DNA of 57,038 bases, filler included, from Porpidia crustulata (Eukaryota): NCBI GenBank assembly GCA_964255105.1. It is 6 parts of 6 records of this genome, joined end to end, with 100 filler letters (N's around TTAATTAATTAA, not from the genome) between each part and the next. Parts side by side here need not be neighbours in the genome. Positions count along the whole stretch, not along the records: positions 9,535 to 18,967 come from CAXUWE010000947.1; positions 19,068 to 28,489 come from CAXUWE010000948.1; 4 more parts are not named here. One strand, given 5' to 3'. Below the pieces are notes generated by a model that did not search any database, was not told where the DNA came from, and saw only the letters and a program-made list of their open reading frames with translations. The position numbers and the translations under genes are program-made. This document shows positions 12,501 through 24,177 of this stretch, in pieces (the stretch's first letter is position 1; every line of letters starts with the position of its first letter).

Positions 12501-14761
12501 AATAATTCAAGTACAGTCGATTTCGACGATTGGCTAAGTCCGTCCCACTGCTTTGAAATGACCGGTAGGACGCTACATGCAAAAGATGGGGAACTTTCAA
12601 AGTCCTGATCTGCGGAGAGCTCCCCTCGACCACCAGCGTTCTCCACAATCCATCGAAGCCAAGGTACCATCTGCAAGTCCTCCCAGCCCAAAGCATCTAG
12701 CTCAAACTTACTGAGCTTTTTCGTGAACTTGAAAGGCATAGTGGTTTGGGGTACGGGCATCTCGGCAGGGATCCTCGATACGTTTAGGAAGTTTTTGATG
12801 TCGCTCAACACGATAAGTCTACCAGAACCTTCTTGGTCATCATTGGCGACGGCCACATCAAGTAACGATCGTATCATAACCCTATCAATATCATCAATGC
12901 GAGCCTTGTGCCCAAGCCATTCGAGAAAGCGCTGCAGCTGGGTGGCATTCAAAGCTTTCCCTTCCAGTTCTGATTTGATATCTGAGACTGTGATCTCTAT
13001 GATGACGCCGTAATCTCTCATTCTCTTTATGAGCCCTAGATCCGTCAAAGACTCGGGAAGAACTGGAATGCCGTCGACGAAGCCTAAATCCTCGAGGGAA
13101 ATGCGCACACGTGAGCTTGGAAGTACGCCACGGCTCGAAAGCACATCAATTGACAATTTCTTATTGCAAGTCCAAAACGCCTCTTCAATTAAAGTTCCAA
13201 CTTCCGAGGATGGAGTTGATTCTTTCCAAGTATACGTGTCATGTAAGAACGCCGCCTCGGGGAGGACGTTCGCAATGTCTGCTTTGCTGATATCTTTCCG
13301 GCCACTTGAGCGCAGAGCTTCTTTGAGTTTGCGTCCCAAATCCGCCATCTCGCAGCTCCAAGAAATTCTTGCCACGATTCCAGCGATTCTGAGAAGTTCC
13401 ACATTCCATGCACGGACAAATCGATTGTTTAGATCAATGGACTCACGTTCCACTGTTGGGATGACAGAGGGAGTAGAAATGTGCGCCTTTAATCCTGTTG
13501 TCTGATTTGTGGGAAAACCGATGAATATCCTACCTCTTTGAGGAAGTACAGAATTAAAGATATTGAGGGCTTTGGATGATTGAGTTAAATTGCTCGCAGT
13601 AGAAGCCGTATTCTCGTCAAAGGATGAAGTCAGAAGAGATACGGTCGTCGTCTTTGGAGGAGGTTTCTTTGTGGCACGCTCAAGTTCAGAGGCAAAGTTT
13701 GAACCTATTGAGGTACGAACGCTTGCTTTGTTGACGTGTAAGAATATTGTGGCGTTATCTTCGCCCATCACGTCTTCGGAGATAGCTTCTTGTAATGCCC
13801 TCTCCTCTTTTGCGGCTTTCTCTGCAGCCACGTTAATGGTTCCCGGTGTAAGCCTAGAAAAGAAAGTCCGAAGTGATTGGGTTGGCTGGCCTCCTGAATA
13901 TGCTTGACTTGAAGCTGTGTTACTAGTAGTGCTGGATATGTTCTTGCGATCCCACGCCATAATCTTGAGCCAGTGCGCGTCTAACTGAGTAGCCTCTTTC
14001 GTTATACCGACCACCCTCATCATGCCATCGCGAGTTTTACCGTCCACATCTTTTGGTAGCAATAGGTCGACGCTTGGAGCAACGACCTTCTTGAGTTGTA
14101 AAATTCTCCATTCATCAAGCCAAAGATTTATAGATTCAAGCCTGACAAAGGTAAGACTACTCGATAGAAATTGGCACAAAGACAATAACTGTGGTACTGG
14201 CGATGTAGAATTGCGCATAGGAAGAACGAAAGTTGTATTTGTAGACTGATTATTATTGAGGTGCAAGCTCTTAGTGAACAGGGAGTCCCCTTTCCAGTGG
14301 AATACGAGAGCCTCTTGCCCCGACGAAACAAGGGGCCTTTCACAATCTGCAAAAACACTGTAGAACCCAACTCCAAAAGCGCCAATCTTTGTTTCATCAG
14401 GGTTCCCTTCTGCAATCTTCTTGAGCCGGGACCAGTCTGTTGCCTTAAAAGGTTCCCCATCATTCTCGATAATGTATGACTCCAAAGTGTGGTTCTCTAC
14501 TACATGTTTTAGTAGGATCGAGGGCTCAGAGCTTTGCGGCACTGGTACAGTGGAAGATGGGATGGTCTTGAGTCTGATGGTGACGTTCCTAGCTGAAGCG
14601 TCGGCAGCGTTTTGGAGCAATTCTCTGAGGGTGGTCCATTCTCCCGAGTATCTTGATAACACCTTGTCTATAAGAGCGCGAGTGTTCACAGTAACGGCCT
14701 CATCGTTGCCGTTGCCCATAGCCTGCGCTCGGAGCGCATCGAAATCATGGTTGGAAGCCAT
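9535..14761 (-). CDS. Large protein: N-terminal GHKL (HATPase, sacsin/Nov-like) ATPase, long DUF3684-like body, C-terminal HExxH motif; 3' truncated
   Basis: Likely ATG at 14761 (MASNHDF). Bergerat motifs RELLQNAADA, ENDGEPF, IGAFGVGFYSVF. Intron 10087-10136 joins the 9630-10106 ORF; a further intron gives HELA|HNLVQDHSSNHSFY up to the contig end. Confidence 0.85.
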
Positions 14762-15308
14762 AGCAGGAGTCGCAGAGGTTTTGTGATGAAAGAGTTGCTC
14801 CACTGTTCCTCACATAATTTGAGTCAACGAGTAAAAAAGCCTATGATTGTTTACGAGCCTGATATTATATCCAATCTACAGAAGCGGCATTTCGTGTAGG
14901 CTTCGGTCACCACCGATCACAACAAGAATGTGTAGAGTTGAGCATACAAAATTCATAAAAGAGTGGTGACTATGAAAGAGATATGAATGCGTGGTGGCGT
15001 TGAGCCTTGTCATAATATGTGATCGAGGCGATGCCTGGCTCGCTGCCTATGAGTATGACATTGCGTAAGCATGTGTAGTTGGTCTCCGTAGACCAAATCC
15101 GCTCTCCGCCACACCCCCCCCATTTGCCGCATTCCTCCGCACAACGACCCGCCGCTAGCATCATGTGTCAAGAGCCTCAAAGGTGGAAGCTTACGCGCTT
15201 CGTCGTCCTGGAGCTCGGTCATGGACTCGCGAGCGTCCAGCAACTTTTACATGTGCTGTCGGAGAGGATTTGTTAGCATTGGGGTTTCATCACTGTGCGA
15301 ATGCCGCC

Positions 15309-18300
15309 ATGAGCCTTGATCCTCTTTCTTTCATTGCTCCTGCAAGAGTCAAAGTTCTTGTTATCCCTATCGGACGCATCAAGCGTTCAAAATTCCTGCA
15401 ATGTTTATCTCGGCTTCAGCAGGAGAATGTAGTTCGTCTTGGAGACGTCAGCCCTGATGGCCGGCCTCACAGAAGTATGCCCTTACAAAACAATCCTCTT
15501 TCAAGGGTATCATTCGCTGATATAGCTGGTGCACGTTAGCTATGTTCTCGCCTCTTGCTTTCCCTACAGGCCTTGTCCTCTATAACTTGACGACAGCAAT
15601 ATCCACATCTTCTCATTTGGCTCTGGCGCCCTTTGAGCAATACAGAGAACCATTGATTGTTATCGCAATCGGAGATTCTACCACTTCTCGTATCGGCTGG
15701 GGAGACACGGCTACTAACAGCCATAATCTAGATGGACTGTACGGGACCGAAACCGATTCATCCACGCCTACAAATAAGACCGCGCTTGTGGAAGATCTCG
15801 AAAGAATTAAGGTGCAGTTTCCCAAGGCCTTGGTTCATCAAGTCCTTGTATTTGATCATGTTGCACCAACCGTACCAACGCAAGAGCGCATTTTCTATAT
15901 ACCTACGCCCGAGAAGTCCAAGACGACTACCATGAAGACAGTAATGTGTGACTTGACATCACAACTTCTTGCTGAGATGACCTTGTATGCGAAATCCCTC
16001 CAGGCTCTCCCCTCCATAGAGTTTCCAAGATTCGCGCAAAGTCTCGGCAACGGGGATCGATACAAGATGGATACATTGAGATCTTCTGAGTCTCAACAAG
16101 TTAGGCGTTCACTCTCCCCAGCCAGCACCGTCGCAAGAGTCGAGAGCCGTATGTCAATGCCTATTCATATATCTTCGAATACGAGCTTGCGGGATGCTAC
16201 CCCGGATGACCGGTCGAGGTCACCTACAAAAGGAACAAGCACACCCCCGACGACATTCGACGAGATCGCAACACAAGAGGGCAGAAGGAGAAGCCGGGAT
16301 AGAGTCTCAATGCAGGGTTTTGGTGCTGGCGGTGCCGGGGAGAGGGAGCGAATCAAAGGCAAAGGAAGGATAGCGATTGTGATAGGATCTCTATATCTTC
16401 TCACAGGACGATGGCCGGACGCGCTGAAAGAGCTTGCAGAAGGTGGAAGCATCGCTAAGGCTAATAGTGACTACGTGTGGCATGGTAAAGCTCTAGACTA
16501 CATAATCGTCTGTCTTATTCTATACGCATGGGCAGGTATGGAGATTCGAGTGAGTTTTCCGGGTCTTGCAACGTGCACTTCATTACACAAGGGGTGCTTC
16601 TGAAGTATGGTGGTTCTAAGAGATGTTAGATACCTCAACTACTTGTCCCAGGAGCAGACAAGCCTAGTATCAGTGCAGCAAAATCCGTGAAGCATACGTC
16701 GTCAAATAGCGTTTTGGATCAGGCTACCTCGAGTTCTATCAACGCAACAAGTCGCCTTGAATCAATTCAATTTCTTGCTGGCCTAATACCTGATTTAGCA
16801 AGCGTTATTTTGAATCTCTATACCCGTGCGTGGACATTTACCGATGAGAAGATCCCTCAGCTAGCTTTCTCTGAGACGACCATACGCTTTGCCAAGCTTC
16901 TCACAAATATCCAGCATGCCCACGGACTTTTGAACGAAGACGTACTCAAGCGTATCGTCCTCAATACAGAATTACCCTCGAATGGAAATCTATCCGCCCA
17001 AGCCACTGTTTTCCCTTCGAGAGCGGAGCTTACTGCTCTACTATTCCGTGCTTTCCCTGATCCCGGATCAGAAATTTCACTTTCAGCGGTAGACCGTATA
17101 ACTATCCTGGCTGGTATTGCATCAGTCTTGTCTGAACTAGGATACCACCGCAAGAAAGCTATTGTCCTCAAAGAACTGCTATTTTGCCTTCTACCCGCCC
17201 TGATCCAGGCAAGGAAAGACGGAGCGGCAGAAATGGGTATTCACCCTGCTGCTAGCCTCTCCGTTCTAAATGCAGCAGTAGGCAGAGCTGGATTACAACA
17301 CAATGAGAATGAGCAACAATTTGTGGACGGCAACTTTCAGAGTTTGCTTGCCCTTGTATGCCATGCTTATGGAGTCTTTATGGCGCCCACACAGAACAGG
17401 CAAATTGGTCCCAATGATGATCCGGCAGCAAGTAAACACTATTCTGGTAGTCTATCGTCTCTGGACACTGACCAAAACGTTGTTGCTCGAGCGATAGAAC
17501 AAGCGTCTGTGCATGCCTTTGGAGCACAGGATCTAAAACTTGACATACTCCGGTCGTGCATCAACGTGTGCGAAGCTTTGCCTGATCTTGAGGGTGTAGT
17601 TCGCTTCTCTGCTGATATGCTCCGAACCGCAGGGAAAGGCATTGCTCCAGGTCCCGATGACGATAACGTAGTACCTAATCTGCCGCTTGAGGACCAGGTA
17701 CGATTGACGACCAACATTTCTCGGACCATCAGTACTGCACAACATTCTGGGTTCCACATCATTGAGGCTGAGTATTGGGATGAGTTTTTAGTCCGAGGCG
17801 TTGCTGTGCTGGAATCATACTCTGCGAAAAGCCCCACACCACATGCAAAGTCTGAGCTGGAAGTTATCGGTACAGTCGAGACAAAATTCGAAAAAAACCC
17901 ATTCATCTACAATCCCTTTCAGAAACATACCGAATCCAATTTGAAGGAATCTATCCTTGTCGCTGGCGAGGAAGCTGTATTCCGAGTCACCCTTCAGAAT
18001 CTATATGAGATCGACGTTGAGATAAAGAGTCTTTCCCTAGAAACGTCCGGAGTACCCTTCGACGCTTTTGTACAACATACTGTGATCGGGCCCTACAGAA
18101 CTCAGACTCTACTACTGAATGGCGTGCCGAGTATTTCTGGCTCGCTGAACGTCACAGGCTGTGTTGCCCGGATCAGAGGCTGTCACAAGCGAAGATTCCC
18201 TATTTTCGATACGCCTTGGAAACTAAAACAGCGCCTTAAAGTCCAGCGTCATGATCTCAATGCTATCACCCAAGGTGGATCCAGGCCTACTTCTACAGCC

Positions 18301-18967
18301 TCGGATCCTGGCAAAAGTAGGTCCACCCTTGCACTCCAAGGTCCGATCCCTTCAAGTCTTTCTCTCAAAGTTATTGGAGCTCAACCAGACATGGTGCTGA
18401 AATCTATTTCGCTTCCGCAGTCCGCCATAATGCTACTGGCAGGTGAGAAAAAGACGTTTACATGTGTATTGCGCAACGTCTCCCCTTCAGTCCCCGTCGA
18501 TTTGATGAACCTCTCCTTTGTCGACTCTACTGCCTCGCAAGTGCAAGCCGCCGTGGCGAGCAAAGACCTCACGTCGGCTGAGAGATACGAGCTTGAGCTC
18601 GCATCGTCGCAGCAGCAAGCTTTTAGATGGCTGGACAAACACCGAGACGTGAACATTGGGCCGGGAAAAGAGGTTGTTTTGAAATTAGAAGTATTTGGCA
18701 AGCCAGGTCTATCCCATGGATCGATTCAAGTAGACTATGGTTATCTAGGATGTCCAAAAGCAGACGTTAAAGATACCTTCTATACCCGGAACTTTACCGT
18801 TCCTATCATTGTCACCGTAAACGCGAGCGCAGAGCTTGTTTGGAATGACCTTATTTCCTTCACCAGCGACTTTGCGTGGCAGAACCAACAACGCAAACAG
18901 CAGCTGGCCGCAGCATCCGATCAGCCCTCCAATTTGTCCCAAACTCGATCTGCATACCCCCCCACAA
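15309..18967 (+). CDS. TRS120: TRAPP II complex subunit Trs120 (TRAPPC9), 3' truncated
   Basis: MSLDPLSFIAPARVKVLVIPIG..RLGDVSPDGRP|MFSPLAFPTG; KGRIAIVIGSLYLLTGRWPDAL; LGYHRKKAIVLKE; NPFIYNPF; two introns. Confidence 0.92.
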
Positions 18968-19067
18968 NNNNNNNNNNNNNNNNNNNNNNNNNNNNNNNNN
19001 NNNNNNNNNNNTTAATTAATTAANNNNNNNNNNNNNNNNNNNNNNNNNNNNNNNNNNNNNNNNNNNN
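18968..19067. other. Artificial contig-joining spacer
   Basis: N44-TTAATTAATTAA-N44. Confidence 0.98.
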
Positions 19068-20047
19068 GGGGTGAGTAGCGGGGTTGAGTTTTTGTGGGGT
19101 GATGGTTGGGGGGATGTTGGATCAGTTGGGTGGCTGTGGGTGTAGGTAAAGGAGTCTTATGCAAAATGTGTTGAATGATGCACGTCTAATTGCTTCCAGT
19201 TCGCCGACACCTCCCTCTCGCCTCTCTGCCTACGGTTCTCTCGCCGAATGAAGAACCTCGTCGACCCTTTCTCCCGACGAGTTTTGAGCTACGCATGAGG
19301 ATTTTTCTACGATGTAGGCGCGAAGCCTTACGCCAATGATCCGCAGGTCACTAGCTATCTCATCCAGTATAGCCTGCTGAGCGACGGTAGCGATTGCTAC
19401 TCGTTTACATGATGCTCTGTTGTTCAACATCTGTCTCCGAGATGCGGCCTCCGTGGAGACTTTAATTCACAGTTCAACCGACATCCGAGCAGTTCGCAAG
19501 AGGACTACAGACAGTGTGAACGAATTGGGTTACAGATCTGGTACTTTGTTCTCCTGAGTATGCTGAGTGATCTTTATCTAAGATTATCAGTCAATCAACG
19601 TCATGGTAATCTGGACCTGAAAGCAAACGTTTCAACTCCGCAGACTAGGGATTTCGAGCGTTGCGCCATGTTGGAAGCATTAAGTACACCGTGAAGCCGA
19701 GTTGGCCAAGTGAGGTGCGTTTCACTGCATTGGTCAAGGTGCAAGGGGTATAAAGTTGATGATGAGTTGACTGGGGCCGTGTCATGGTAAATATATGGAG
19801 GGCTCCCTCGTATCATCGTCGAGAACAAACATTGACGAAGAGTAGTACGGGTTCATGTATAGAAGCGACATTTTATGTTTGTCTTGGCTAACTCCTTTTA
19901 TATAGTAAACGACAGTAAAAGCAGAGACTTGATCAAAAAAAAAAAAAAAAACACTGTGGGGTTGGTCAGAATAGATTCATTTTCCCCCTCTATTCATGAC
20001 TTAAGCCTGGTTCTCTTACATGCTCAAGTCCGACGAAAATCCAACTT

Positions 20048-21061
20048 CTAATGCCAATACCTAGTCGTCAGTGGTTTGACCCTCTCCCATGCCTGATCCA
20101 AAGCTTTCGCCACCTCTTCTGGTAAAGGTCCCTTCTCCAAATCCTTCATGTTCTGCTCAATATGTCTCGTGCTGCTTGCGCCGATCAGTATAGCGTCCGG
20201 ATACTCCTTGCCTAACAGCGAATGATGCGTCATCCACCGTAGAGCCACCTCGGCCATCGTAAGCCCGTGCTTCTCCGCCACCGGCTTCACGATCTCCAAT
20301 GCGCCAAAGTACGCGTCGTTCCAGTATCGAGCTCTGTACATTCGCCCCTGCAATTTACTCGGGTCGAAGCGCGAGTCTTTCTCCACCGGCTCGTCCTTTT
20401 GCATTTGGCCGGCGAAGGAGCCGCCGCCGAGCGGGTTGAAGGCATAGAAGCCCATGCCGTAGTGTCGGAGGCAGGGGAAAAGCTCGGGCTCGACGGTACG
20501 GTGGATCGAGTTGTAGAGTTCCTGATATACAGACGGCCTGACCCAGCCGTTGGCTTTGCAGATCTCGCAGATCTCGCAGATCTGGGCGACCTCCCAGGCC
20601 ATGTAATTTGACAGCGCAAAGGTCTCGAACAAGCCCTCTTTGTGCAGATTGTTGACTCCGCGGAGGGTGTCGGTGATTGGCGTTGTACGGTCTGGGGAGT
20701 GGAGATACCACATGTGGATTTTCTTGGCATTGAGCGCCTTCAGCGATTGCATCAGGACTTCGCGCAGATGCTCCGGTCTCAGTGTCCAGCCGTCAGTATC
20801 CATGCCCTTCCCAACACTGGGAGATATCTCTGTGTCCATAACCAGACCCCGATCCTGCCATTGCAGCTTGAGTAGGTATTCTTCCGAGGATCCACTGCCC
20901 TAGACGCGGGACGTGTCGATCTCGTTGTGCCCGTGCGACTGGAAAATGTCGACGATTTTCGCGGCTTCGCCAACGTCAGAAATTCGGGACTGTTCTGGGC
21001 CATTGCCAATGGTCATGGCCCCAAAGACGACCTCGACGGTGGATTTTGCTTCTAACGCCAT
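20048..21061 (-). pseudogene. AKR7-like (aflatoxin B1 aldehyde reductase family) aldo-keto reductase with an in-frame stop
   Basis: Single intronless 338-codon frame from ATG 21061 (MALEAKSTVEVVFGAMTIG). Reads EIDTSRV*GSGSSEEYL with TAG at 20900-20902. Downstream WYLHSPDR, LSNYMAWEV, FNPLGGG, ILIGASS. The expected catalytic Lys reads Glu (MDTEISP). Confidence 0.85.
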
Positions 21062-22424
21062 AGTTGGAACTGGTTGTATACTGCTTGAGTGACGAGCGCA
21101 AACGACGGCCGCATTTTATATGCCTTCATCTCTGTGCGATGAGGGGGGAGATAAACGGAGATAGTCCATCGTTATGCCCAGTTGTTCGCAGTCGCAGACA
21201 GTAAATCCGATTATCGCCGAACATCACGTTCGTGTCGAGTAGATGGTTACCACAGATCAGGGCAGGAGTCATGATACGATGAGCAAGCGGGTTTAATTCA
21301 GGCCGCACAGTGTTCTGTGAAGTAGATTCTCGAGACGAGATCATTGCCGTCATGGACAAAATCGGTTATTCTTCCCTTGCCTACTCAAACTCTCTCGGCT
21401 ACTCTCGGCTACTTATGTCCACTCACTACCTTATCAACCGCTTTGCTTTGAATCAATAACGAGCATCTCAACAGAATGATTCTTCTGATATTTGTAAGCC
21501 CGTAATGTTTCATCACCGATACAGCGAGCTTTGCATCATCCGTCTTGAAGTCTCTTATGAATTGGAGGGCGCAGATAACTTCGCAGACATAGCGCTTATT
21601 TTATGGCTATTTGTTCTCATTTGTCGATCAGCTTCTGACCTGGAAACTTGCATTCCTTCTATTTCCTTTCGTCTGCATAATGGATGTCTTGGTGAACCGG
21701 TCACAGCCGGGCACAAACAAAAGACGGATCGTTGCGAGAGATTTGCGAGTATTGCATTTTATCGTGACCGACAATGATTTAGTCAACCGAGAGAAAAGCT
21801 CGTCGGCTCGCAGGAGTCTGAGAAATCTGCGGCTGCGAGAGCTGGAGAGGTCATAATGACGGTCTCGGAGGGTATCTGCAACACCCTTTGCGTGTCAATC
21901 GACGGATTCCTTTGAGTCTAGGGCGTTGCGGTTCAGGACAGTTATTGCGTATATGAACTTTTTAGAAGCTGATGCGTATGGGATCAAGGAAGTTCACGGA
22001 TTAATCATCTTTGTAAAGGATATTGACTGACTACTACTTACATTGCTCGAGTGACGTATTTGTAACATCTGCTTAAGCATGGTTTGCCTTGACTTGCGCT
22101 ATTACATGTTTGTACCAAGTGTATCGTAGATCGAGGAGCACTTTTGGCAACTGCTAATTAACCCTAAATAAGTTCTCGCGCACAAAAAGTGTTCAGGCCG
22201 TCCAAGCCGTCTCATCGGCTTCGTTCTCCTGTACAGCCTTCTTATTACACTTAGCACAGTCGATCGTCAGTCAAAGCTCTGTTGGACGCATATAGATGTG
22301 AAAATTTGTCAGATGTTGTACATTGAAGCTATTGCAGATAGCTAAGAGTATTGCGTCTCCTTAGGCCCCTTTACATGACGACTGATTACACGACGATATG
22401 GAATCATTTGAGCACTGTACTTCA

Positions 22425-23621
22425 TCAGTGTTTAGAACCTTTCCGAAGAGCACAGCCACGTGAAAGCCCAAAAAGTCTCTCCTTTTCCTCTTCGGATGGA
22501 TCCTTAAAGTCCTCAGCCGAGGCCTTGAAACCTCGTTTGTGCCACTCTTCGTATTCCTCCACGCCGACTTCGTGGAACGCAATGCCCAGGTCTCGCGCAA
22601 CGCGGTCATCCCATGCCGGTTCGTGTAGCTCGCGCTGTTTCTCGGACATCCCCATCATTTCGACTTTCCGAGCGTTCTTCTTATCCGTTGCGTCCATCCT
22701 TTTCTCAAGTTGCTTCAGCGAAGGTCTGCTTCGAATACGTGAAACCTTGGCGACATAGTCATAGTCGAGTTCGTAGCCCAACTTATTGTAAGTCGGTGAT
22801 CCCCTGGGCCCTTTCCGCTGACAGACGGACACTGGATCCATATCCAAGGGTGGGGTCTGCTTTCTTCGCCTTTTTGGCGAGGGAGGTCGGAGTGCTTCCT
22901 TGTTGCTATCATCATCGAAACTGCGCTTGCTCGACTTTGCTTCCTTTCCCAGAACGTATGCCACTTTCTCGGCGTCGATGGCCTTTACCACTTGTCCACT
23001 GTTCTTTTCTATGCGATCACGCAGGTCTTGCATTTTCTGCCAGAGATCTTTGTACTCCTTCGCCGTGTAGCTGATCTTTCGATCCCATCCTTTTGATTTT
23101 GCGTCGGCCCAATGTAACCAGCGATAGAGTTCATCGGAGAAAAAAGGAACCTTTGTCGGATCGTAGCAAGAGAGGAGTAGCGACGCGGTCGCTGGGCCAA
23201 TGCCTTTGAGTTTGGTCAGGATAGTGAGGGCTTTCGCGTAATCGGCATTGTCGGCCTCGTATTGCGCAAAGGCTTTCTTTGTTGTTTCTCGAACATCTTT
23301 CACGCTGTTTCCCGCGACGAGTTTTGCAAGATTTGGCCGATAGGTGCCATGCTTTCTAAAGGTTGTTCGAAGTCAGCATAGCTACCATATCGGGATACGC
23401 GAGACAATCGCATACAGCTTCCAGTCTACGAGACTAATGACTTCGGCTTTCTCGAGAAATGTCGCGCCGTCACTCTTGCGTTGATCTATGGTCTCGGGTA
23501 TATCTCGAAGCCGCAGGCCATCTAGTCCGGAGATTTGTGGTGACACGTGTGACTCATAGCGCTTGTTAGTGCATTGAATGTTCTCGTAAGAGATGTTAAT
23601 AGCAATGTGGGTGGAGTCCAT
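22425..23621 (-). CDS. Amun-like helix-hairpin-helix (putative DNA glycosylase) protein with an extra C-terminal domain
   Basis: Exon 1 ends LVDWKL; intron 23356-23415; then KHGTYRPNL..LTKLKGIGPATASLLL..VPFFSDE. Basic linker PSPKRRRK and a ~130-aa C-terminal extension. Confidence 0.8.
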
Positions 23622-23669
23622 GATGCTACAGTGCTGAGACTGCTGTCTTGATGTGATATGGCAGTTACA

Positions 23670-23774
23670 ACGCGATATTTGGATGGACCGACGATGGACT
23701 TGATCACGATATGACGTAGAATGTGTTTATCCTAAGACGCGGACACGCGGGAGTAAACGCCATATCACGTGATA
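23670..23774. promoter_or_regulatory. Candidate cis-elements upstream of the HhH gene: three ACGCG (MCB-like), TGACGTA (CRE-like), palindrome TATCACGTGATA
   Basis: ACGCG at 23670-23674, 23737-23741, 23745-23749; TGACGTA 23712-23718; 12-bp palindrome 23763-23774; all 50-155 nt upstream of ATG 23621. Confidence 0.35.
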
Positions 23775-24177
23775 CTGAAGTTGTTCCCATCGTAATTGAA
23801 ACCTACTACTCTTCCTTGCCCTAAACACAATGTCAAAATTAATTTTCAATATGGACTTTGCCTCACATATAATTTTAGAGGTCTTTGTGATCGAAATTCG
23901 TGGCTATTGTGGGCATGAAAGTTTTGAAAACACGCAACTATCGAAAATCATTGCACACATTTGCGATGCACGCTCAATCTACTGCGTGTTCCAATAAAAT
24001 ATTGCATTTTCGTGACGTTCGAAGAAGAAAGGCATTTGGCGATGCCTGAATAGTTATTAAAATTAAGTAGTTCAGCAAGGCTAAGATTCCAACCTAGGCG
24101 GCCAATCTTATTGAGTCCGGGGAACCGCGTACTGCATGGTGAACGTCTTTACTACTTCCTTCGTCGACTAATTTACC

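Noticed and set aside
10282..14786. Numerous antisense or overlapping ORFs here and within TKL1, DIS3, TRS120 and the coiled-coil gene
   Set aside because: Shadow frames of long coding exons with no recognisable motifs.
19935..19951. A17 tract as the poly(A) tail of a retrocopied AKR gene
   Set aside because: It is poly-T on the gene's sense strand, and no target-site duplication is evident.
20900..20902. Stop codon rescued by fungal A-to-I editing or readthrough
   Set aside because: Editing UAG gives UGG (Trp), not the required Tyr, and the catalytic Lys is also lost; pseudogenisation is simpler.
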